Source of the DNA: Saccostrea cucullata
Taxonomy: Eukaryota
Direction: 5' to 3'
Assembly: GCF_032062105.1 (NCBI RefSeq)
Contig: NW_026936630.1
Span: 1-64,000, forward strand
DNA length: 64,000 nucleotides
Made by a program: the position numbers and the translations under genes. Below are positions 41,203 to 53,080 of this stretch, one piece after another; positions within the stretch are counted from its first letter, which is position 1, and each line of letters opens with the position of its first letter. Below the pieces are notes generated by a model. The model did no database searches. It saw only the letters and a program-made list of their open reading frames with translations, and had not been told where the DNA came from.

Positions 41203-44200
41203 ATGTCTATTCAGTAAGAAATTTCACTTCCTGGTTTCGATTTTTGCTCTGGGTTGCTTCTCATGTTTTTGAATGTCATTTAATCTTCTTTCATTTGACG
41301 TATTCACTTATGCAAATAAATGTTGTTTCATTTGTTTGACACGTTATACAAAGAATGTTTTAAAAATGTCATTTCAAACACACAATATTATCCTTAATTT
41401 ATCATGATATATTTTATCGTTGTTTCAGAGTAATATCTTTGGTTATTGTGAACGTGATGTTGAGCTCTGCGACCTTGACCCCGGTAATATCAGTGTCAGG
41501 TGACGTTTACTTGGCGGGAATATTTACCATAAAATCCTCAACAACATTTGGACATGAATGCAATGGTCCCGTATCCATTACCTCAGTAATGGGACTAGAA
41601 GCAGTCAAGTGGGCAGTTCGTCGACTTAATCAGCACAAATTCATTCCCGGGGTTCAATTAGGTAACTTTAAAATTTTTTTTTAAACCTGAAGTTTCTCTA
41701 AGCGACCTTGGATGAAACAAAAATGCCAGATGCCTCTCTTTTATTAAAAAATAAATAGTTCAGGATTTAGTTAAAATTGAATTTTTACAGACTTGTCATA
41801 CTGTATGAATTCAGAACGCAGAACTAAATAAATTATCGTAAAATGACACTGGATTTTTATGATAATAAAAGTTAATTGTTTATTATAAATAAATATTCGA
41901 AGCGTTGTATAGGAATACATGGGAATTCTCTTAACCATCTTTTTGCAATAAGTAAACATCTTTTAAGGGTCAATTCGTTTGTTTTTTCTTTTCAAAATCA
42001 TGCACCTAATATGTTTATGTTGGGCCTCATTAGGGGTTTTAAGTTAGAATCAATGTATTTGTATATTGGATTTTCAATTCTTGAGTAGAAAATAAGGATA
42101 ACTGTCGGTCTTTTATGGTTTCTCTTTAATCTACTTTATCTAGTTTCTTGGATTGGAGTCTCAAATATTGATTTTTATATTCTCAAAATTGGATAGAAAA
42201 TCTAATTAATATAGAATGTAAACATGAGAAACATTTATACGTATATAACTGGCTTTCCTTTGAATAAAGGATATGGAGATAACGAACAGTATTCAATATC
42301 ACTTAAAATGACGACAGTAACTCTACTGGTTTGTACTATAACAAAGGAAAAGAAAAGTAGCATTTGAACTTGAAACATTGCAGCAGCAATACATTATAAA
42401 ATATCATTGGTTTAGTCTTTTTCTTGTCAAGATTTATTGTTATCAGATAAAAACTGTAGGAATAGCATTTTAAAAATATTTCAAAGAAATTTCTATTTTT
42501 TGATAACCATGGCAACACCTTTCATCGAAATCAAAAACCGATAAACAGAATTATTTATCTTAGTCAATAGTGTAGTCTACTTGTGTGCCAAGTTATATTG
42601 AAATCAGACTAAAACTGTAAGAAAAGTAGCATTCTGAAAAATCAAAGAATTTTCTATATTTAGTACCATGGCAACACCGTTCATCGAAATCAAAAAAACG
42701 ATATACAGAATACAGAATTATGTATCTTCGTGTAGTCTACTTCTGTGCAAAGAAACATTGAAATCAGACCAAAACTGTAGGAGGAGTAGCATTGTGAAAA
42801 ATTGTTTACAGACAGACGGACGGACGGACTACGAACACATTACTATCTCATATGCTCTTCTGGCCTTCGACCAGTAGAGCTAAAATCTGTAATTTATTAT
42901 GAAAATATTTGGTTTGTCACAGGTTTGATTGCTTATCCAACATGTTTATCTGAAGAGTTGGCCGGATATAGAGCAGTGGAAATTTCCACAGCAATCAAGG
43001 AAAAATCAGAAAACATCATAGGTAGGAGCAAACAGTAAAACATGTTAACCGTGAGTGTTGGAATGTCATGTTTTATACTGGGTCATATTTTATTACAAGG
43101 GTACAATTTCTTGACTGTTAAGAGTCTAATTTATTATTTTCTAAATATTGGCCCATAGATTACAGTTTAGAATGAGAAACAGGAATTTCCTTCGAAAAAC
43201 CCCTTTTAAATGATGATATGGATACGAAAATACAGAAATGAGTGTAAACAAACATAAAAAGCTGACATTCTTGCGAGATATTTCAAAATCTATTTATATA
43301 AATTATATCATTTCTTTAAAATCTTCGAATTTGACCGCAATATATATGAAGAAAATGAACATTAAACTCGCTGATCTTTAAAGGAAAGATTTTTGTAAAA
43401 CACGTGTTACCCAACTTAAATTCAGGGATATTACACATACATTTGGATCCAAGTTAAACATATAAAAAATTAATTTAGTTTAGCAATTTATTCCTTCATT
43501 TGACGAATTCATTTTTTGCAGGAATCGTCGGAGCGGAGAGGAGTTCCGATTCCGAATCAATGTCAACAGTTCTCGCGAGACTTCCTCGTTCCATTGCGCC
43601 ACCTATGATCTCATATTCTTCTACCTCTGTGTCGCTTAGTGATAAGTCGACGTTTCCCAACTTCTTCAGGACAATTTATTCAGATAAAATACAAGTCGAG
43701 GTTAACGTTACTTAAGAGTGTCACTTATCTGTAGTTTTAGTTATTCATTAATATAAAAAATACAACAATTTTTCTTTTTATTAAATTGTCTTTAAATTTA
43801 AGGGCAAATAACAGAAAACGTGTTTTCTACCAGTTTGCATTATGCATATAAGCTTAAGTCATACATAGAATTCTTACGACCATTTTTTAAGATAAGGATA
43901 GATGGAAAGATATGCTTATTTAATTTTACTGCCCTTTGCATATTTAACTGCTGCCCATTGCATATTATTTTCTTTGACAGGTTATAATCACTCTAATGTT
44001 GGAATTACATTGGAACTACATATCTATTGTGCGCGAGAACAACGCATACGGTCGACATGGTGCTGAAGCATTGAAAACACAACTCCTTAATCACGGAATT
44101 TGCATTCGCACCGTTAATGGTTTCAATACTACAAACGGAGTTCAAATATCAGTTCTTAGTCAAATAATTTCAGATGTCACCTTACCAAAAGGTGGCGCAG

Positions 44201-47200
44201 TCAGCGGAATAGTTTTCTTTGGAGGACAGTCGTCTGCTGAGAAATTGTTGACGGCCACGAAGGACCTTAATCTCGGAGAAGACACACCATCAATCATTTT
44301 TTCAGAAGGTGTTGGAATGTCTAAAGAGGTGTTTAAAGCAGAGACTATTGCGGCATCAAGAGGAAATCTTGTAGTTAGCCCTAAATATCAACCGGTGGAT
44401 AGTTTCCTGGAACACTGGAAAGCTATTTTTACGAATAAAACATTGCTATTATACGAAATACAAACCAATCCTTGGTTAAAGGATGTTTTCTTTGATGTAA
44501 AAGGGTGTTCTCACGAAGATTTGACTTGTATCGAACCAACAGAACAAGAAATAGATGATTTTATTTCAAAGAATATCTATATCAAGTTTGCTGTGGATGC
44601 AGTATCTATGTTTGCAAAAGCTTTAAAAAATTCAAAGAATGAAGTTTGCAAGAACGAATCTTGCTCATCTCTTCTTGAAGATGGAATAGAAAACTTATCG
44701 AAAGCAGTAAGAGATATAGAGGTTAACTCAACGACAGAGTTTGAATCAATGTTTAAACTGGATCAAAGACTTATTTTTGACGAAAATGGTAATATTCAAC
44801 CACAAAAGAATGCAGAAGTATTCTCAGTGTATAATCACCGCAGATGTTTGGAGGACGAATCCAAGTACTGTTTTGTTAGGGTAATATTACCTTTACACAT
44901 CTCATCAATGGATAAAGTTCAAAATATTTTGAAATTTTGAGATTAACGAAATAATGATAAATTTTGTAATAAAAAAAACTGCATGTTTTTGTAGGTGGCA
45001 AGTTTTTCTGATAACAAAATAGCAATAAACCAATCTCTGTTAAAAGATTATGACCAAGCTGGAAAGGAAAGAAGTAGTTATCACAAAGCTCAATGTAAAC
45101 CGGGCAACATATGTACAAATTGCCTACATGACGACGAGCAAATATACTACAAACCTGGAGACCTCATTATTGTTGCTGCTTTCGCAATACATAACGTTGG
45201 CACGAAGCCTCTAACATGTGGAGGGTTGAGAAGCAACGTTGGTCTTGATGTAGCACTGACAGTTGAACATGCTGTCGACCAAATAAATCAAAACAAAACC
45301 ATTTTCGATGGCACGTCATTTGGATTCATCATTCTAGATACTTGCAATGATCCCCTTGTAATTCAGGAGAGGGTGCTCCGTCTATTCAGAGAGGATGGTT
45401 ATCCGAGACTGCCTTCTGATATAAAGGACCGAATCCTGGGATTTGTCGGATCCTTGGGAAGTACTCCTACTTTGGCCATGGTTTCGGTCACGAAAGAGCT
45501 GCAAGGAAAACCACAGGTTAAATTTCCTTCTATCTCTAAAGATTTTTTCATATTTTTATTGGCGATGTATAAAAGGCTTGTTAAATAATATATTGTATTA
45601 TCCTTGTCTACATGTTGCTGCTTTCATGATCACTGAATGATGACAGATAAAGGTGAACATCAGGAAAAAGCTGGCGAGCCGATAGGGTTTTTTTTATTTT
45701 GTCTGTAAGTGGGTATGTGTTTCACTTTGTTTTAAACTAATGTTTCATTTCTTGTAATTTTTAGGTCGGATGCTGTTCAACAACTCCAGAATTGAACAAT
45801 AGAGACTTGTATCCAAATTTTATACGTGTTTCAACCTCACTAGAACACACGGCAGACACAATGGTTCAATTAGCGAAACAACTCAACGCCTTATACATTC
45901 AGGTTATATACAGTTCTGGATTCTACAGAGAAGATGGAAAAGATGTCATTATATCTAGTGCAAAGAAACATGACATCTGTGTGGCAAATACTATAGAAGT
46001 ACCTGAGAAGTCTAACTATTTCAATGTACTGGAGAAGCTTCGAGTCAAACCTTCGGCCAAGGTGGTTTTGACTTTTCTTCGTTCTCATGTTGGACCTATC
46101 GTAATGAAGGCAATCACAGACGAAATGCAATCGGGTGACGAGTTTCACTTTATAGGTTCAGAGACTGTTGGTACTCGCAAGCAGTACCTTATCCCCCGAT
46201 TAAAAGGGACATTATCTGTAGCACAAGAAATGAACCAAATTCCTTCTTATCTCCAGTTTTTACAGACAAAGACTCCCAAACCAACCGATGATAATTCTTG
46301 GCTTCTTAACGCAATTCAAAGCCGTCAAGGATGCTATTACCCATGGAGTTTCAACAAATCCAAAACTTTGTCCAGAGAATGTGGACCAAATGACCATTTA
46401 ACTAAGAACGACAGCGCCCTTTTGGACCCTTGGACACCATATCTTTACAATGCTGTTCTTGCTCTTCTAAAAGGTTCGGCAACAGCTTTGCGCGAGATTT
46501 GCCTGACAACGTCGAAAATATGCGCAGATTATTCAGATACGAAGAGGGTTTTACAACATATAAAAAATGTCCACCTAGATCTCGATCAAAATGATTTACC
46601 TGTACCCGTTTTTGATGAAAACGGAAATGGAAAATATGGGCATCGGATTTATCGTATTGTTTCTGAAGAAGGGGAGCTGTCCTATGAATTGGTAAGTAAG
46701 AAAAGAATTTTTTATAACAGAATACAACAACATGTACGCTGTATACATGTACATGTGTATACTCGGTACAATTAAATCAAATCAGAACTCTGAATTTTGC
46801 ACGTAACGTTTTTGAGACAATGTCTTACTTGAAAGGAGAATTAAAACTTGCTACTGTCTTACGACAAACAAATCCATACAACTGTATTTGTTTATGTGGC
46901 TTGAGTACAATAAGGATGTTGAAAAAAATCTTTCCATTGCATATCGGATATTCTCTCCTCCTGCCACCATATCCCACCTCTGATGTTTTGGAGGTCTGTG
47001 TTTGCTCTGCTCCTGTTTTGTATTGTTTTATGGACTTTTGATCTTGAATACTGTTCGTTATCTCCTTATGTTTCATTCACTAGCTAATATTGTACAGGAA
47101 AATACATTTGTGTGATGAATAATTTGTAAATCACTGGTGTTAAGTCTAATAATTATTGCAACATATTAAAAATCTTATTTTGTTTGTTTTACTTGATTCA

Positions 47201-47864
47201 TGAAATCCTTTTGGCGGTAAGTTTCATATAGATACTTACTAGGATGCAGATATTTATATTATCTTTTTACTAATCTTCATTTTTCTTCATTTTCCAACAA
47301 GAAATTTATAAAAATTACTAGATTCCTTGTCTGTAATATGATTCACAGGAATTGTAGATTTAAAACTAATTTAGCTTTTGCAAGCCATCATTAATTCTGC
47401 AATTTCTCTATATAGGTCGGACGTAAATTATTCGAACCCAATCAAGTGGCCTAGTATTTAATCAAAAGAATGAAATACTTCCAGAATATTCTGTAGAAAC
47501 AGAATGTCCGAATCCTACAGACTGTAAACTCTGCCGAGAATTTTTGAACAAGCCACAAACCGACGATGATTCTTCAGACTTGTGAGTTGGGTGAATGTAA
47601 TACTTTTATCTTCCTGTTTAAACATAAGTTGACAATTGTTATAAGATTTGATATGGATTCATTACGAGAACTTAATTGAAAACGTATCTACATTATATTT
47701 TAACTTTAAAGGAAACCAAAGACATTACACCTATTGAAGGTTGTTTTCTCTATATTTTAGGTCCTTAATGCAGATTTTGCTTATTGTGGGAATACGTATT
47801 ACCAGCTTTTTGGCCATTCTCTTCGCAGTTCTATTTTTGCGTCTGTAGTGGGAAAAAAGGCGAG
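41203..47864 (+). CDS. Tandem Venus-flytrap receptor, copy B. Exons 41203-41213, 41429-41661, 42923-43021, 43522-43700, 43981-44880, 44995-45516, 45765-46691, 47416-47581 (frameshifted), 47761-47864 (TM, in-frame TAG)
   Basis: Signal-peptide-like MSIQVISLVIVNVMLSSA; GDVYLAGIF, IPGVQLG, GIVGAERSS, ISYSSTSVSLSDKSTFPNFFRTIYSD; 957 uninterrupted codons to 46691; exon-by-exon paralogy with copy A. Confidence 0.85.
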
Positions 47865-48098
47865 GTAACTCTTGAACTCGACTTGAATTAATGAACAGAA
47901 AGAATAGCTCGAAAATTTACAAATTCTAAAGTGCTGGGAACACTAAAACAAAAGGATTAAAATCTAAAGACTTAATTTAGACACAGGTAAAAGTCAGTAC
48001 AACAAAATATGGAGATAATAACAAAATGAAGCTCAAAACTAATATAAATTGAGAGTAGAACAAGCCCAGGCCTATAAAAACATCAGAAATAGGAGCAG

Positions 48099-49678
48099 GG
48101 GCCCGTTTCATCAAAGGTCGTACGCCTAATCGTAGAGCTACGCCGGCGTAAATTCGGGACTAGCACGAAGATTTGCATTTCAATAAAGAGCGTATCACTA
48201 CGCCTGACTAAATTTAGGACAAAATTTTACGTCTACTCATGGGTAGGCGTAAGTTAGGGCGTAAAGTTAAATTAAAGCCTTTTTTATTAATTTTAAACAA
48301 TTTAGCGAGTTCTAAAGAAAAAGTGCGTTTCTGAGAAGAATTTAAAATGCAAACAATGCATTGTTTAATTACACATATTATGAAGTGTGTATGTGGGGGG
48401 GGGTGTCTTACAACTACTTTGGGACGTAGTTGATTTGAGTAATTACGTACTTAATATTTTAATAAATTTCTGATGAGAAGAAAAGCTTGTCTTATTAGAG
48501 ATTTTTTCGATCACCATTTCTTACGTTTTGACAATGCATTCATACACATTTGATGGTATTGTACATGTTGTATGTATAAGGTATTGTAAATCAATATACA
48601 TGTACATACATGTGTATAAAACTATATTTCTACACCCCGCTTGAAAAGCGGGAGGGTACATGTAAATACTAAATAGAAATCGGGATGTCCGTCCGTCCGT
48701 CTGTTACGCTTTGGAGGTACACATCTCTATCCGAAACTCCTCTCATACCACTGATTGAAATTTGATGAAATTTTCACAGAATCTTTATTACATATTGCCA
48801 TTGTGCCTTATTGTACTTTTTGATCCGATACATATTTTGGTTTTCCTGCAGTAAAACATGGACACCGCCACTATATTTATATTGGAGGCGGGGGGGGGGG
48901 TATCTTTTATTGAACTCATTGATCACGGTACCTCTGGTTTCGCTTTCATCGCTTTCACTTTCACTCACTAAAAAGAAACCCATTAAAATTGTCTATTTAG
49001 AAAGGAAATATTTTCCCAATAACATATTTTATGAAAAAACAAACAAACAAACAAACAAAAATAATCGGTTTCAAAAGCATACTAATCCTCTTTCTGGTAA
49101 TTTTCTACATTTAAGAAAAAATTTCAAATAAAAAAAATTAACCCATCTTAAAACCAAATAGTTTTTTGTATGTTTGAAGAGTCCATTTCTTATTTACTTC
49201 TCGTCCACATGCGTAGATCTAGAGGTAGTCTGAGAGAGGGTTCAGAACCTCCCGAATTTGCAATTAACATTGAATGTACAGAATACTCAGTTAAAGACGA
49301 AAGTAATAATTTTCTAGGTATCTGGGACAAGTGAAGTTTCCGGCGAATCTAAGACGGAACCGAGGGAGGGGGGGAATCATAAACAATAAGAGATTTTGAA
49401 ATGGGGAAATATATTATTGCTTTTATAACATGAATTATTCCTAAACTTTGATGCAGAATACATCTTTAATTTTCATGAATTTGTTTAGGATTAAATTTTA
49501 CATACATTGTAGTGTAAGATAATCTGAGCGCATATAAAGCACATATAAGATGAAAATATACATGTTTTTGATTTCCTGCATAACTTAATTTTTAATGAAA
49601 ACAAAATAAAGAGTAGCTGTTACTTTTATTAAAGACAGAGACCACACAAGCAGAGAATTTTTGTAAGAATATCTTTGT

Positions 49679-49727
<49 letters not shown>

Positions 49728-50587
49728 GTACTTTTAAAACGGTACATTATACATTTAATCTGCAGAAAGTAAAGAATTTTTTTCTATATCTGCACGACCT
49801 ATAGTCTAGTAATTTGTAATTATATGATGAACCTTTGTGTCATTTTAATAAACAAAAACATTTTATGTTATAATGATTTGAATTGACAAAAATTTAATAA
49901 ATTTAGAGAGGATTAACTTACATGTACCTTAGTAGTAAACGTGTAAAATTTATTTCTTGACTCAAAATGTATACATAAAATTATGTAAACCGTTTGCATT
50001 TTGTATTCATTATTTTTGCTTGCTTTAAATCTTATTCTGCCTCAAACTTAATTTTAAGTATTTTTCAGTAGAATCAGTATTTATCATGAAATTTATTATC
50101 TAAGGCGAAGTCATTAACCTTAATCAATTTCGGGAAGAGAGGGGGAGTGGCTGTAATTAAAATTCCAAAATAAATAGTTTTGCTTGATTCCAAAATACAT
50201 GTACATGTACGGTCCTTTTCTTCCTTTTAATTTATAAGACTTTTATTATTGAAATGTTGTTAAAAAAAATAAAATAAAATTGGATTTTTACATTTGTGTC
50301 TCCTACATGACACTATAAACCCATGCATGTTTCAATTAGTGCAAGTATTAATAAATATAAAATTTGTGTTATTTATACATGTTTGTACGCATTGGGCAAT
50401 GTTTATGTTTTTGCGCCTGCGCAGTGCAACGTTGTCAAGGACTTAGTCCTGTGACTAAGCGTATCTTTTACGACTAGACTTACGCCACTTGGTGAAACGC
50501 TAATTACGCCCGACTAAATTTTGGCGTAAGCCCCGGAAGTACGCCTAAGTTAAGGCTTAACTTTACGACTTTTGATGAAACGGGCCC
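48099..50587. mobile_element. 2.5-kb non-autonomous Harbinger-like element (CWG target) splitting a minus-strand PLE fragment
   Basis: CAG|GGGCCCGTTTCATCAAA...TTTGATGAAACGGGCCC|CTG. The flanks rejoin to the PLE 3' motif, and ORF 50643-50906 reads ARACSTYKQFLKR. Confidence 0.75.
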
Positions 50588-51483
50588 CTGGTGTCGTAAA
50601 AGAGTAAGAATCCCTTTCGATGATTCATCCACTATGTGTTTCTTAGCATGATCGAGCAAACAGAGGAATCAAAAGACAGTATGACGTATGAAAATTTAAT
50701 GTTCTAACAATATGTATGAAAATGTCAGTCATGATAGTAATTGCTGACAAGCAGATCATTGTCATTGTATCGACCATTAAGTTTTCATTCAGAAATAATG
50801 ACATTAATCGAGTCCATTGATATTCATGTTTCAACTTGTTTGTCAACAGCTTGACTCGTTTTAGAAATTGTTTGTATGTAGAGCACGCTCTTGCACATTT
50901 AATCAACGGTGAAACATAAAATACGAGTAAAAATGGAACATAAATAAGGCAAATAAAGCAAAACTCGCTGAAAACTCAACTCCATCGCAATTTTTCTCAT
51001 CCGGATATTACTGTTTTCAAAGAAAGTGACCAGATTAGAGATCTCCTCGGATTAGACAGCATTTTAAGGATAGATGATACAAACAAACTTTTGTCAAAAA
51101 TTTTGGAAAAAAACAAATTGGGTCATGTTTTAATGATTAAAATGAGTAAGTTTCACCGCGTAGTTTTTAATTTTTTATTCAAAATCTCACAAAAATGGAA
51201 TTTGAGGTGAAAAATATTTGTATAGAATAAGAAGGATGGTTTCAGAGGGGTAGAATTTTGTTTACAATTTCTTGATATTCTAGAAATCTATTAGTTGCAT
51301 CATTTGCAATGAAATTAGGTAAATATATATACTGCTAGGAGACAGATTCCGTAGGTCGAGAGTTCAACCCCGGGCTGGGGCGGAATGAGTATCCTTGTAA
51401 AAAGTGAATTTCTCTGTGCTTTCTATATTAATATTCCTTCACTTAGAGCAGTTATATTAGTTTAAGAGTTGTTGTAATTTGTG

Positions 51484-51541
<58 letters not shown>

Positions 51542-51545
<4 letters not shown>

Positions 51546-52331
51546 TTATATCTTTTTTCACCAAAATTGAACAAACATTAACATTGAGAAATTAGCTAAT
51601 TTTTTATATATCATCAATTAGAATTTCTGTTTGCTTTGTTTATTGAGACTGAAAAATATGTGATTTATTGTCCATTATTGTCCAATTTGAATTTCCCTAA
51701 CTTTTACGCAACGTAGCCATACTATGACGTCATAGTTTACTTCCTTCCCTGCAAAGACTCTCATGACGTCATGACGTCATAGTTAACGTTACTAAGCAAA
51801 ACAATCAGTTCAATTTATGTACACCTGGGGTGCGTTCAACGGCGTATCAGCTAACTTAGCAGCTAAATAGTAGATATCTATCTCTATTGAACAGACAGCT
51901 AACTTAGCTGCTAAGTGTTATATTTTGAATAAAGATTTATCAGTAAAAACTTATTACTGGAACAAATAAAGTTTATTTCAGACGAAAATATATATTTAAA
52001 TTTACATTTAATTCACTTAGATATAGGAAATAACCCTCCTTTTTGTAAAAATCTTGAATGCTGCAGATTTGTAACCAAGGAAACCATCTTGGATTTGGGA
52101 CGTAGCATTAAATATTTATGCTAGCTCTCCATACGTAGCAGCTTGGTTAGCCGTCCGTTCAAGAGCGTAGCTTTACATAGCGGCTACGTAGCAGCTACGC
52201 TGTTGAACGCACCCCTGAAGACGGATTATGAAATCCAGAAAGCGCTTGTGTTAAATGAAATTTGGAAACTTCATTTTCTTTTTCTTTTATAATTATTTTC
52301 ACCTGTGTGACATCGACTGTGAACTATTTTC

Positions 52332-52334
<3 letters not shown>
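51542..52334 (+). mobile_element. Solo Penelope-like terminal (pLTR-type) segment between (TA)n tracts
   Basis: Three TGACGTCA motifs followed by a hammerhead motif, the same layout as the neighbouring PLE ends; (TA)n on both sides. Confidence 0.6.
51828..52214. mobile_element. Harbinger-like MITE with CTG TSD
   Basis: CTG|GGGTGCGTTCAAC...GTTGAACGCACCC|CTG. Confidence 0.8.
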
Positions 52335-52379
<45 letters not shown>

Positions 52380-53080
52380 AAAATTTAAATAGTGTCTCAG
52401 TAATCGGATAACAATATTAAAAAATGGTAAAAAGAAAACACAAAAATCCTCAGTTAAGCTTTAGCGCTTTCATTTTCAATCTTCAGAAGCTTATAATAGT
52501 ATCATAGTAACAGTGATTATGACGTCATGTTAAGCGGAACGTTAAATGTTTATTATGACGTCATAGATACAATATGACAAAAGTACGGGGAAATCACAAG
52601 TAATTTATAAAACACTATTAAGTTTTGGCTGAAAAATACTAATAAAATGTTTTTCTTTTTCCCGTCTCTGGATATCGGTGGCACAACTGAGTTTATAGAA
52701 AGGGAAAATTCTGAATTGTTTTTTACCACACGCCTCCAGGTGCGAACTTAATTGAATTTGTCTGTATTCGGGTGTACTAATGTGTTGCTTATGTACACGT
52801 ACACGGGCACGGAGAGTGTTGCCGGTTTCACCAATATAATATTCCTTGCATCCAGGACATGTGATGACATAAATGACATTTTTTGTATCGCATGACATGT
52901 TTTCTTTAACTCTAAATTCACGCCCATTGAAATTATAGCTGGTCCCTTCTGTAATGTATTCACATGTACCGCATCTAGGGTTCTTACACTTAGAGACTGT
53001 ATAAGTATGGTCGTTGAATTTGGAAGAACAAAGTATTCTCTTTAGGTTTTTGGGTTGACGTTTACTGTTGATAAAACGAC

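Noticed and set aside
33000-46775. Calling the VFT ORFs canonical metabotropic glutamate receptors (GRM)
   Set aside because: Two VFTs per chain, no full nine-Cys domain and no 7TM exons in the window
51335-51390. tRNA or tRNA-derived SINE head (GGTCGAGAGTTCAACCCC)
   Set aside because: Only a B-box-like half; no A box or cloverleaf can be built
52605-52898. Independent GIY-YIG nuclease gene
   Set aside because: It is the inverted duplicate of the PLE 3' end
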